DNA from: Candidatus Zixiibacteriota bacterium | GTDB lineage: Bacteria; Zixibacteria; MSB-5A5; UBA10806; 4484-95 | Assembly (NCBI GenBank): GCA_029932605.1 | Contig: JAOZPT010000007.1 | Location: 355 to 58,147 of the forward strand | Length of the DNA: 57,793 bases | Reading direction: 5' to 3' | Part shown: positions 38,091 through 48,198 of the stretch, piece after piece | How positions within the stretch are numbered: position 1 is the first letter of the stretch | Layout of the letters: each line of letters opens with the position of its first letter | Made by a program: the position numbers and the translations under genes | The notes under the pieces: generated by a model | The model's database searches: none | What the model was told of the DNA's origin: nothing | What the model saw: the letters and a program-made list of their open reading frames with translations, nothing else

Positions 38091-41000
38091 TCAATCAACT
38101 CTACCGGCGGATACAACCCTGCTTTTTCGAACAACAGCAGCAGTTCCAGCAGCAAGCAATAACAGCGCCAGTATAATCAAACCCCATTCGGAGAGAGTGG
38201 GAATGTCAACCGGTAGCTCTTCCATGACAACATCTACGGTCGTGGTTTCGCCCTCGGTTACAACAACATCGGTGATTGTAGTATCTCTATAATTAGCATG
38301 TGAAAAGGATACTTCATAGGTGCTTGCCGGAAGGTTAATTGAGTAAGTGCCATTGCCCAGAGTAACATCCGAACCTGTATTCCCTGAACCATCATCGGCA
38401 AAAACCTGAACGCCGGCAATAGGTTGACTTCCATCGGTCACGGTGCCAGCAACTATGCCACCGGATGCTGGATTACATTCAAATACTTCAATAGATACAG
38501 CATCAATACCCGCCTCGACTATAGATCCGCCACCAAGATCCGAAGCCTCGAAGCGAACCCTGATTTGGTCAGTCAGCGCGACATAATCAGTGACACTAAA
38601 CGAATGTTCTACCCATCCGCTACTTGTCGCAGGACCGATTGTCTCCGCCAGAACCCAGCTTGCGCCATTGTTATTCGAGACGTAAGTCTTGAACAAATCG
38701 TTATGAGGGTTGTCACCAGCGTTATTGGTATACCATAAAGCATAATTAACTTGAGCATCTTCAACCTGACTTAAATCGATAGTCGGTGATGTTAGGTATG
38801 TATAACCGTCATCGACATCGGAATTGTCATCTTCATTATCGGTGACATAGCACATTCCTGAACCGTCATAGTCAGTTGGTGGATCACCACGGTCACCACC
38901 GCCCGCAGGTATTGCTCGCTCCCACTGCCCATCGGAGGCATCACCACTTACAGTCCAGCCTTGGTTGGTTTCAAAATTGTCATCAAATACGACAACAATA
39001 TCTGTCACCGGAAATGCACCATATGTCTCATCGGGTGCACCCCTGGGGTCGCTGAATGTTTCGCCGGAATCTTCCTCGGCGGTAAAATAAAATTGAATAT
39101 TCGAACCGCAATCTAATGCTGGCAATATAGCCTCGTAATGATTTGGTAGGCCTTCACTCATGCTTTCATCAACGAAAGGTGCACCATCAATTGAATAGTG
39201 GATCTGCCCGCTACCGGATACCGGTATCCCCTCGCCGACACCGCTTACAACAACCTCAAACGAGGTTGCTTGGCCGGGAGTTAAAATTTCTGGAATACCA
39301 CCTGGATAATCAAAGGTTACAGCTCTTACACCCTTAATAGCAATAGTCGGATCGCCAAACAGATTCAACTCATAGTAACACCATCTCATGCAATCTTCGT
39401 TGATACGGTAAAGATTATCCTCTTTAGAATCCTGGTTAGCCCGTCCGATCTCTGGCATACCCTCTGTGGCATTGTACACAGCATCCCAGAATTCACGGTT
39501 GAACCGTTGGGAGGGCCCATCGGTGCTATTGAATTCTCCCCAGCCATAGCGTGCATTCATTATACCAGCGAAACCACCATAATCAGTCTTTATATTCATA
39601 TATTCTGCCCAGCAATCAGTACCATCGAAATGACCAGCCAGGCAGGTCTGCGAATAGAAGAAACAGAGGTCGTCATTTGTCAGGGAGTTCATAATATCGC
39701 TATCGTACAGTTTCATGGCATAATCCGGGCTACCATGGCCAAGATGGTTGAGGATATGCCGCCCCTCATTGATACGTGAGATCAATTCAGATTTTGGCCA
39801 ATCGTTACCTGGCCAGTCACGATCATATAATCTGTCTACAATATACTGGTCTGATGGAATACCGATCGTTGAATAGCCATGAGTACTCGCACTATCGATT
39901 AACTCATCCAGAGTCTCGGCAGCATATTCCGAAGGTCCTCCAAATCCAAGATATTCACCTGCCATCTGGACATCCTCCAAGCGAGAATGCTGGTTGTTAA
40001 GATACCAGATGGTCTTGTTCACAAACCTTGTGGCTTCAGTGTTATTTCCAACCGATGCCCTTCCGACAAAAACTTCGGCAATCAGGTCAACATCGCCACC
40101 ACCTTCGCCGTCATTGGGTTCACCCCAATAGGAATCACCGTCATAATTATAAGTGCCATCAAGACAAGCAAAATAAATGTCGGCTGGCATGTCATATACG
40201 ACCTCGGGCCAGGGGCCATTATCGGAAACCACATAGAGGTCCTTAGCCGGTATTATATCATCGTCTGCGCCAATTATCACATACCGTATGCCATCATTTA
40301 GGTATCTATCCCTGATATAGTCACGCACGTCATCAGGATCATTACTGCCAACATCGGTAGTGGTATGAATCTCCGTTGGAATGCCCTCAGCGTCATGGTA
40401 ATCCTTTAGCGGCTGGAAAGCGCCAGCTAATGATGTAGTGGTGAGAATCAACATATCGTAATTCTTGGCGCCAAGTATTCCCGTGGCGGTATAGCTATCA
40501 ACATCCTTTGGGTTGTCGATCCTTTTAAGAACCTCCATCTCGTCCTCCGGTAATCCCCGGAAAAGAGTATTTGATTTATCACTGTCAACCGTGTTAACGA
40601 TAACGGTAAGATAAGGATAATAGAAAAGCTCTCCAGAAGTTGGGATATACTGAACCGGCTGAAGTTTCAAGTTTAGGATTTGATAGCCGCGGAAACCCTG
40701 TGTTCCAATATTAAGAAACCGGGTCTCAGGAAAAGGACGATCTGAATCATAGATGGCGCTGTTTGGGGTGGGCGGACTGGCTGTACCAGGATCAGCTGAT
40801 AGTCTTATTGGTTTTGAAACCGGCTCGATGAAATAACCGCTACCAAGTGAAATCTTCTCCGCCGGTATAATCTCAATACTCGAAACCTCTGTGCCAAATG
40901 GTAACAATATTTTTGCCCCTTTTGCCGGCAAGGCTGGTTGGCCAGCATTCCCACAATTTGGAACACCCGGCATAATTACCCTATCATACCGCTCGCCCCC

Positions 41001-41141
41001 TATCATAACCCCCACAATTTCCGGACGATCAAACGTGTAATCTACACTCACCTGCTTTGCCGAAGCTAAAACAGAAGGTTCCAACATTAATAAAAAACCA
41101 AACGCAAGAACCATTCCCAGGAGCAAGATTGAACGTTTCAT
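38091..41141 (-). CDS. Gingipain-like C25 cysteine peptidase with propeptide, C-terminal beta modules and IPTL-CTERM
   Basis: Signal peptide from MKRSILL (RBS AAGGAG); GQPALP propeptide; VFVGR, GHGS (His), QTCLAG (Cys), NLFGDP; ends IPTLSEWG + TM + basic tail. Confidence 0.88.
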   Translation of the reverse strand: MKRSILLLGMVLAFGFLLMLEPSVLASAKQVSVDYTFDRPEIVGVMIGGERYDRVIMPGVPNCGNAGQPALPAKGAKILLPFGTEVSSIEIIPAEKISLGSGYFIEPVSKPIRLSADPGTASPPTPNSAIYDSDRPFPETRFLNIGTQGFRGYQILNLKLQPVQYIPTSGELFYYPYLTVIVNTVDSDKSNTLFRGLPEDEMEVLKRIDNPKDVDSYTATGILGAKNYDMLILTTTSLAGAFQPLKDYHDAEGIPTEIHTTTDVGSNDPDDVRDYIRDRYLNDGIRYVIIGADDDIIPAKDLYVVSDNGPWPEVVYDMPADIYFACLDGTYNYDGDSYWGEPNDGEGGGDVDLIAEVFVGRASVGNNTEATRFVNKTIWYLNNQHSRLEDVQMAGEYLGFGGPSEYAAETLDELIDSASTHGYSTIGIPSDQYIVDRLYDRDWPGNDWPKSELISRINEGRHILNHLGHGSPDYAMKLYDSDIMNSLTNDDLCFFYSQTCLAGHFDGTDCWAEYMNIKTDYGGFAGIMNARYGWGEFNSTDGPSQRFNREFWDAVYNATEGMPEIGRANQDSKEDNLYRINEDCMRWCYYELNLFGDPTIAIKGVRAVTFDYPGGIPEILTPGQATSFEVVVSGVGEGIPVSGSGQIHYSIDGAPFVDESMSEGLPNHYEAILPALDCGSNIQFYFTAEEDSGETFSDPRGAPDETYGAFPVTDIVVVFDDNFETNQGWTVSGDASDGQWERAIPAGGGDRGDPPTDYDGSGMCYVTDNEDDNSDVDDGYTYLTSPTIDLSQVEDAQVNYALWYTNNAGDNPHNDLFKTYVSNNNGASWVLAETIGPATSSGWVEHSFSVTDYVALTDQIRVRFEASDLGGGSIVEAGIDAVSIEVFECNPASGGIVAGTVTDGSQPIAGVQVFADDGSGNTGSDVTLGNGTYSINLPASTYEVSFSHANYRDTTITDVVVTEGETTTVDVVMEELPVDIPTLSEWGLIILALLLLAAGTAAVVRKSRVVSAGRVD

Positions 41142-41527
41142 AGATGCACTCCTTGATGAAAAATTAAAATCCAGGGATTCCAATCATCCCATTTATTTGT
41201 AAAATCTTTCACTGTCATTATTTTTGGCAAAACCACAGCAGTTGTTTTAAGCCGAAGATATCTTACATTATAATTAATTTAATATATATATATATTTCGT
41301 CAAGTCCTATTTTAAGTTAGTTATCCATTAGTTAGTCCTTTCGAATACCATCATTAAAACATTATATACTCTTAAAAATTCTATATTATAAAGCTGTAAC
41401 TTATAAAGAAAACCCAATCAATGTCCCAGAATCACGAGGACAAATCAGTTTCTCTCACCAACCAGGAGAGTATTATAAGAAAGCAAGGCGTCTTCAGTTA
41501 CAGAAATATCATGACCGGGAAATCATT

Positions 41528-43615
41528 TTATTTGGATTCACCGATTTCAACAATCCCGCCTCTGCGTATAATAGCAATCGTTCCTATTGTCAACAACAGC
41601 AACGCCATTATGATCATTCCCCATTCGTTGAGGGTAGGGATATCAACCGGTAGCTCTTCCATAACAACATCCACAATCGTGGTTTCGCCCTCGGTTACAA
41701 CAACGTTGGTTATCGTAGTATCCCTGTAATTATCATGCGAAAAGGAGACATCATAGGTGCTCGGTGGAACATCAATTGAATAAGTGCCGTTTTCCACCGT
41801 AATATCCAAACCGGTATTTCCCGAACCATCGTCGGCAAAGACCACAACGCCTGTAATCGGACCGTTTATATCGGTAACGGTGCCGGCAATCGTACCATTA
41901 GAAGTGGGTTCGCATTCATAAGTTATGACAGATACGGCATCGATACCCGCCTCAACTATGGAACCATCATTAAGATCTGAAACTTCGAAACGAACCTTAA
42001 CCTGGTCTGTAGGGACAACATAATTACTTACAACGAAATGATGCTGTGTCCAGCCGGGGAATGTCTCCGGCCCGAATGTATCAACATTAATCCAGGTTCC
42101 ACCATTATCATTAGACACATAAACCTTGAATAAATCGTTATTGGGATCGTTCCCTGCATAGTTGGTATACCATAGAGCATAGCGAACCATGGCATCGTTA
42201 TCTCTTAAATCGATTGCGGGTGATATAAGGTAGGTATATCCACCATCGACATCAGAGTTGCCATCTGCGTTATCGGTTACGTAACAATAGCCGGAACCAT
42301 CGTAATCGCTTGGTGGGTCACCGCGATCACCTCCACCTGCGGGGATACCTCTCTCCCAGGCTCCGTCAGTCAGACCGGGTGAGTTCTCAACAGTCCAGCC
42401 TAAATTTGTGTTAAAATTATCCTCGAAGACCGTAGTAAGCGGGTTAGCACTGAAAGCGGAAAAACTTGATAAAGGAGCATCTATGGGGTCTGTATCGATA
42501 ACACCTTGATTGGTCTCAGCACTGAAATAATAAATAACATCAATGCCACAATCAAGATTGGGGAATAAGGCATCGTAGATATTAGGTGAGACCACCTGCA
42601 TGGAAATATCCTGCCAGCCGGACCCGGAATTATAATGAAACATCCCCGTCCCAGGTTCAGGTACTCCAGCCAAACCACTAACCTCTACTCTGACTGAGGT
42701 TCCACCATTGGGATTAACAAAATCAGGCAATCCATTGGGATAACTGAAAGTCAGATAATTCACTTGGTCGAAAACAGGGCGCTGAGTATATCGACCGATT
42801 CCGCACGAACCATAGGGCATATAAAAATAACCTTCATCACCCCAATTAGTACCCCAACTGTTCTTGACAATCCAGGCACCCAGACCACCACACATATTAT
42901 CATCCCAGCCAACGATTACTACCGCATGATTTATATCACCTGTATCCTCATGCCAATAACAATTCCAATAGAAATCATTATAAACCATAAAAGTTGTCGA
43001 TACGGGTCCTACCAAAAGGGCATTCTTAATGGAATTAATGTTATTTGGAACATCCACATATCCCGTCATCCAGGCCACCGGATCGCATTCCTCCTGTGTA
43101 CAGGGTACATCATCATCCGCCTCATATGGCATGCACGATTCATAGACCGCACCATTATTCATAAAAATATCATAGGCATCTTCCATCCACCCACCATTAC
43201 AGCTTGACCCACCTGTATTGCATGAAAGAACCTGTTGTTCGGACAAATCCATCTCAATATCGGTATTTATCAAGACTGCAGATTCAAATGCTCCTGTTGC
43301 AGCAAAATCCCAACAAGAACCACATTGCCCCTGGTCCTTAACCGGTGTAACACCGCCCATTTCACGCCAATCGAAAACATCCTCAGTATTGAGCAACATT
43401 GGCGGAGGCTGTTTGTCCAGTTCCTCAAAACGTTTCTTGACATCTTCAGGAATGATTAAACCAAGATATTTTATTCTTTCCTTGAGAGAAGGGTCAACCA
43501 GCTGTTGGTCAGTCATTTTGCTTGAATCCTGCTTTTCCGCATTTAAGGGTTGAGCAGAAACTAAAAATAACCCCATAAAAAGGACAATACCAAAAATTAA
43601 AACAAACCGTCTCAT
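41528..43615 (-). CDS. Papain-family C1A cysteine peptidase with shared C-terminal module and IPTL-CTERM
   Basis: FDWR, QGQCGSCW, NHAV, KNSWG; ends IPTLNEWG + TM + RR. Confidence 0.9.
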   Translation of the reverse strand: MRRFVLIFGIVLFMGLFLVSAQPLNAEKQDSSKMTDQQLVDPSLKERIKYLGLIIPEDVKKRFEELDKQPPPMLLNTEDVFDWREMGGVTPVKDQGQCGSCWDFAATGAFESAVLINTDIEMDLSEQQVLSCNTGGSSCNGGWMEDAYDIFMNNGAVYESCMPYEADDDVPCTQEECDPVAWMTGYVDVPNNINSIKNALLVGPVSTTFMVYNDFYWNCYWHEDTGDINHAVVIVGWDDNMCGGLGAWIVKNSWGTNWGDEGYFYMPYGSCGIGRYTQRPVFDQVNYLTFSYPNGLPDFVNPNGGTSVRVEVSGLAGVPEPGTGMFHYNSGSGWQDISMQVVSPNIYDALFPNLDCGIDVIYYFSAETNQGVIDTDPIDAPLSSFSAFSANPLTTVFEDNFNTNLGWTVENSPGLTDGAWERGIPAGGGDRGDPPSDYDGSGYCYVTDNADGNSDVDGGYTYLISPAIDLRDNDAMVRYALWYTNYAGNDPNNDLFKVYVSNDNGGTWINVDTFGPETFPGWTQHHFVVSNYVVPTDQVKVRFEVSDLNDGSIVEAGIDAVSVITYECEPTSNGTIAGTVTDINGPITGVVVFADDGSGNTGLDITVENGTYSIDVPPSTYDVSFSHDNYRDTTITNVVVTEGETTIVDVVMEELPVDIPTLNEWGMIIMALLLLTIGTIAIIRRGGIVEIGESK

Positions 43616-43774
43616 ACAATTTCTCCTTGATACTAAATGCCTATGAGGGAACTAAAAACTCCCACATGTCATCATTTCCTTTTTATTATTGTCGGTAGAA
43701 ATTAATCATTTCACCAAAGCCGAAGTTTCCTTAATTCTTTATTAATATAACTTAAAGTATGAATAAAACAAATG

Positions 43775-45862
43775 CTATTTTAACAATAACATCTTATTTA
43801 CTTTGTTAAACTCACCGGCAAAGATCCTGTAAAAATATATACCGGTAGGTATATCCCCAGCTTCCCATGTAACCTGATGGTAACCCGCCGATTGGTGTTC
43901 TTTGACAATAGTCTCAACCTTGGAACCTAATATATCATAGATATTAATGGTTACATCAGAAGCTATAGGCAGATTGTATTTTATGGTTGTTGTGATGTTA
44001 AAAGGGTTAGGATAATTGCCCAACAGTTTGAAAGTTTGGGGATTAAGCTCGTCTCTACCTTCGACAAATCCAGTTGGTTGCGAATATAGATATGCTATCA
44101 CCTCTAATTCCTGAGACAACACTGTTGATTTTTCATTGGAGAAAACCATATACCAGATGTCATCAGTGGGGAAAACAAACTCGATCTCACCATCTGACAC
44201 CCTCCGATGAATCTCGAAAGCTCTGAATTCATTACCAGCTATATAATCATTAAAATCAACCTGGTCGCAAATGAAGAAATCTATCTGGCCCGGGGAGACG
44301 AACTCTGAGAAACGGTCGTTATCATCGATATTGTCGCCGTAAAGGATTTCTGAAGGGAGTTCAAACTCCAGCTCGATTTTATATTCCTCTCTGGGATTAT
44401 CTGGAAGAGTATCAGGAAGGATTTCAAGGCGAGGCATATCCCCAGGAAGTGTGACTTCCCAGGTATAAGTGAACCCGGGTCGGCTGTTCGTTATTATCTG
44501 TTCCATTCCGCTTGGAGGGTAACCCCCGATTTCGCTGTCCACTCGACCGGTGAAATTGCGATTGTCTCCTAAAAGGAATTGTTTTTCGCCGTTCTCGGTT
44601 GTCCACCCGCAGGTAGCACCCCAGCCAACAAATCCATCACTGGAAAGCTTTATTCGGGCACCATCAACGGGATTACCACATGAATCGGTGATAGTAACAT
44701 TCAAAGTACAGACCTCGGTATATCTTTCGGTGACATCCCAGACGAAACCGTCTCCTCTCCAATTGAATACTGCTGCAATATCCCAGTTCCAACCAGGATC
44801 ATAACAGCGAGGATTATCGATGTGCACTCCCACCGGTTCCCAGCTTATCCAGCGTCGCTCCCAAAATTCATTTACCTTATGGTTATCACGATACATTACT
44901 GTGACAGTAGCAGGAATCAAAGCTGCCCGAGCAACCGCTGCTGTCAGGTATGAATGGACACTACAGGTCCCTATATGAAGATGGTATATCCTTACCGGCT
45001 GGTCATGATGATCGTGACTCTGAAATGTCATTACTGAATCTATCCAGGCCGTTATAACTCCAACAGCGCCGTTTTCAATAGTATCCGGCACATTGTTCCA
45101 GAGAGTCTCAACTCCCTCTAACATATCTCTCAGCAAAGGATATCCCTCGTCAGCATGATTCATTAAATAATCCCTCCAGAAATAGCCATAAGGAGGATTA
45201 ATGGGTCCTCCGGTATTGGGGTCAATATATGCCGGGACCTCTTTGTGGAGTTTAGGGTGAACCAGATACCAGTAATATATTTCTTTGGGGAGCTCGAATT
45301 CGAGAGTATCGCCGTTTTCTTCTACACGGTAGCTAACGGTTGAGTAGTAATCGCCACCCTCAAAGGAATCTCCATAATCAATAATATCAGCATAACTTAA
45401 AGAGCTGTCTATACTGTAAAGGGATGTTACATTTTCCAACAAGACTTCTAAAACCTCATATGACTCCATATACAACAAGGTCAGTGGAGCTATGTGGGCA
45501 ACCTCAAAACAGAGTTCATCCACAAAAGGATCTGTAGAGTCAAGTATCATCCCTGCTAATACATCCTGCAACCAGCTCTCCATCCTAGCAAAGTTATCCT
45601 CCAAAGCTTGTTTTAACCAGTCGGGAGCTCTATCCAAAGCTGAAATCGCCATTTCCGTGAGCCCTCTTTCGGGAAGAGCCAACTCCAAAGAGTTCTCGTA
45701 AGGATTAAAAGTTATAAAACAGTTTGCCTGTGCGGGTAATCTCACCTGGAAATCTGAAGAATCTATCAGCTCCCACTGTGCAAAAAGATTGACCGGATAC
45801 AAAAAATAACAAATCGAAAGCATAATCCCTGATAATAAAAATAATCTGCGTCTTGATTTCAT
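43775..45862 (-). CDS. Secreted transglutaminase-like protein with T9SS-type (NYPNPFN) C-terminal domain
   Basis: Signal peptide; GTCSVHS..AR..LIPA...NHKVNEFW..RWISWEP core; C-terminal NYPNPFN...GIYFY...KMLLLK. Confidence 0.75.
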   Translation of the reverse strand: MKSRRRLFLLSGIMLSICYFLYPVNLFAQWELIDSSDFQVRLPAQANCFITFNPYENSLELALPERGLTEMAISALDRAPDWLKQALEDNFARMESWLQDVLAGMILDSTDPFVDELCFEVAHIAPLTLLYMESYEVLEVLLENVTSLYSIDSSLSYADIIDYGDSFEGGDYYSTVSYRVEENGDTLEFELPKEIYYWYLVHPKLHKEVPAYIDPNTGGPINPPYGYFWRDYLMNHADEGYPLLRDMLEGVETLWNNVPDTIENGAVGVITAWIDSVMTFQSHDHHDQPVRIYHLHIGTCSVHSYLTAAVARAALIPATVTVMYRDNHKVNEFWERRWISWEPVGVHIDNPRCYDPGWNWDIAAVFNWRGDGFVWDVTERYTEVCTLNVTITDSCGNPVDGARIKLSSDGFVGWGATCGWTTENGEKQFLLGDNRNFTGRVDSEIGGYPPSGMEQIITNSRPGFTYTWEVTLPGDMPRLEILPDTLPDNPREEYKIELEFELPSEILYGDNIDDNDRFSEFVSPGQIDFFICDQVDFNDYIAGNEFRAFEIHRRVSDGEIEFVFPTDDIWYMVFSNEKSTVLSQELEVIAYLYSQPTGFVEGRDELNPQTFKLLGNYPNPFNITTTIKYNLPIASDVTINIYDILGSKVETIVKEHQSAGYHQVTWEAGDIPTGIYFYRIFAGEFNKVNKMLLLK

Positions 45863-45947
45863 TACCTTATCCTTTAAACCTGTTTTTTACGTTTCTCTCT
45901 CGATTTTTCATATAAAGCAATTATCAATTATAAAACGAAGAGGACTA

Positions 45948-47645
45948 TTATTTCAACAACAACAGGCGTCGGCTCTTGCAAATATTACCGGAGGTCAGGC
46001 TATAAAAATATATTCCTGAAGCTACCTCGTCTCCATTCTGGTTGTGACCGTCCCAGCTAAGACTGTATGTTCCCGGAGATTGATGTCCCTCGAATAAAGT
46101 GCAGACCCGTTCGCCGCGAAGGTTATAAATTGTTAAATTAACCGTCGCTGGAGATAGGAGACAATATTCAATATGAGTTTGGGCATTAAAAGGATTGGGA
46201 TAGTTCTGATAAAGGATTATCTCAGTTGGCAGGGTTGATGGTGATGTTTCCTCTAAAAATGTTTGTATAGGGTCGCAGGTGAAGACAAATTCTCGTGTCT
46301 CTCCTGCCGCAAGGGGAGGTTCACCCTGATACCATATACACATTAGCAGGAAATTCTCGGTAACTACAGCAGTATGACAATCCGGATCATAACTTATAAT
46401 AGATGGATTTTCAACCCGGAATGGAAAAAGTATAATGGGATGGCGATTCCCCCATTTACTGGTGTAACCGGGACAGTCCTCCCTGTTCATTACAATTCGC
46501 ACCGTGACTGTATCTTCTACTTCACCAGATACAATCTCGATCTGCTCATCATACATCGAGCCGGGAATAACTCCGGATTCGGTGTCCAGGCGGGCATCTA
46601 AAGCCGGATCTCCGTAAAGTGCCGAGCCGTTTAAATCGGGAGGATTGGCGCCAGGAGTATTATTGATGATATCAAACTGAAGTGCCTGATTGGCTAAAAA
46701 GAATGCCTCGGGCCAGGTGTAAAGTCCCTGACGAGCAAAAAAAGCTTTAGTGCCACCATGCTGATGGCTATATGTACCTTCTGCTATCACGTAACCGGTC
46801 ATCAGAGACGCTCCACCGGTATGAATCCAGGCCGGAGCCATCGAACTCAGATTCTGGATCTTGCCGACGTAACAGTTGCCAAGAGCGAAGTATATTTTGG
46901 GATTGATGGAATTGGCATTGACATCTGGATCGAAACGAGGATCCCCGTAAAGCTGACCATTGTTAGACCTGAAATACCCTTCAAGACCGACATCAGGATA
47001 GTGTAGCTGCCAGCGATCGTGGTTACCATGCCCGCTGGTAATAAAAATATCAACGGTGTCGGCATTTATCATGTTCATCAGAAATTCCGTGCGGTCGGTA
47101 GGACAGAGGTTCTCATCGGTAGTATCAACGATGGTGCCATCCAGATACTTGTAGCGTATATGATTGTAAGTTGCCTCATTGGTACATATCCCCTGGGGGT
47201 AATAATTCAGGTCACAGCTCATTGTGCCACTAAGTAAGTTCTTCACCCTGAAACTCTCGCAGTTTGCCATACGAAGGGCATCCTCAGCATTATAACCGGT
47301 GATTATCCCCCATATAGCATCACCATAAGGATCGTCATCCAGAGAGCGGGTAAGAGGCCATACCATCGACTGAACGAAACTGGCGTTGGCGGTCAGAGGC
47401 TCGCAGACGAATGCGATATGTGTTGGCTGGTAAATAGATAGATCATCCTCAAGTTCCCACACCGAGCTACCCCAGGTGAAAATCTCACCTTCGTAACGTG
47501 ACATCAGAGTATCGGCGACAAGACCCCACTCGGGAATTTGATAGGTCGAACTTTTCACAACCACTGCATATTTAAATTCAGCTTGTGATAAAGAGGTTAA
47601 CAGAAGGAAAACAAAAAAAATTAAAAGAAAATTGTTTCTCTTCAT
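45948..47645 (-). CDS. Secreted clan CD (gingipain-like) protein with FlgD-Ig/T9SS-type C-terminal domain
   Basis: SGHG, GNCYVG and LYGDP motifs; C-terminal NYPNPFN...WDG.N..G..VASGIYFY...RLLLLK. Confidence 0.7.
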   Translation of the reverse strand: MKRNNFLLIFFVFLLLTSLSQAEFKYAVVVKSSTYQIPEWGLVADTLMSRYEGEIFTWGSSVWELEDDLSIYQPTHIAFVCEPLTANASFVQSMVWPLTRSLDDDPYGDAIWGIITGYNAEDALRMANCESFRVKNLLSGTMSCDLNYYPQGICTNEATYNHIRYKYLDGTIVDTTDENLCPTDRTEFLMNMINADTVDIFITSGHGNHDRWQLHYPDVGLEGYFRSNNGQLYGDPRFDPDVNANSINPKIYFALGNCYVGKIQNLSSMAPAWIHTGGASLMTGYVIAEGTYSHQHGGTKAFFARQGLYTWPEAFFLANQALQFDIINNTPGANPPDLNGSALYGDPALDARLDTESGVIPGSMYDEQIEIVSGEVEDTVTVRIVMNREDCPGYTSKWGNRHPIILFPFRVENPSIISYDPDCHTAVVTENFLLMCIWYQGEPPLAAGETREFVFTCDPIQTFLEETSPSTLPTEIILYQNYPNPFNAQTHIEYCLLSPATVNLTIYNLRGERVCTLFEGHQSPGTYSLSWDGHNQNGDEVASGIYFYSLTSGNICKSRRLLLLK

Positions 47646-47830
47646 GACTTCTTCTCCTTATTAAATAGATTAAACTTCCAGTAATATAACCAAAGCTCGA
47701 TAAGTTTAATTCCCGTCTCGTGCAACGAGCTGGCATTCTTAATAATATCTATCTTTAAATATAAAAAAAAACCGATTTTCCGCAAGAAATATCTTACCTT
47801 TGGACATGGTGGGTAATGTCAATATTTGGG

Positions 47831-47907
47831 CTTGTTGCCGAACTCTTGTTGACTCGGTTTTAGATTCATGGTATACGAGTCTTGACAGGAGGGTTCGGTA
47901 ATGCAAG
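47831..47907 (+). other. Long imperfect hairpin
   Basis: cttg-ttgccgaac-tcttgtt-gactcg pairs with cgagtc-(tt)-gacagga-(gg)-gttcggtaa-(tg)-caag, with several G-U pairs. Confidence 0.55.
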
Positions 47908-47949
47908 GGAAGAAAAAGTTTTCAGCCAAGCTATTTTATGATATTAACC

Positions 47950-48198
47950 TTGTGCTTAAAACCGGATTGGAAGCGGTCTGACCAGGCCGCACATTGTCGT
48001 ATTTTGTACAACTAAAGCAAGTTCTTCAAAAAGGTCAAGGTCTTCAAGTTTGGCATTGCCTTTTGTCACGTCATTGAGGATTTCGTACATACGCTGAGTG
48101 CCTGTTCTGCTGGTAAAGCACTTGCTGCATGATTCGCTTTTCAAGAAATTCATAAAATATTTGGTGACATCAACCGTGCAGGTGTTTTAGTCCAAAAC
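47950..48198 (-). pseudogene. Fragment of NuoF/HydB-like flavoprotein (4Fe-4S binding region)
   Basis: VLD*NTCTVDVTKYFMNFLKSESCSKCFTSRTGT..MYEIL...TMCGL, then a frameshift into QTASNPVLST; in-frame stop at 48187-48189. Confidence 0.8.

Noticed and set aside
38881-38910. RGD integrin-binding motif in both proteases
   Set aside because: It is part of the conserved GGGDRGDPP loop of the shared module; nothing suggests a host interaction.
41421-41729. 102-aa plus-strand ORF
   Set aside because: Mostly antisense to the C1A protease C-terminus; no independent coding signal.
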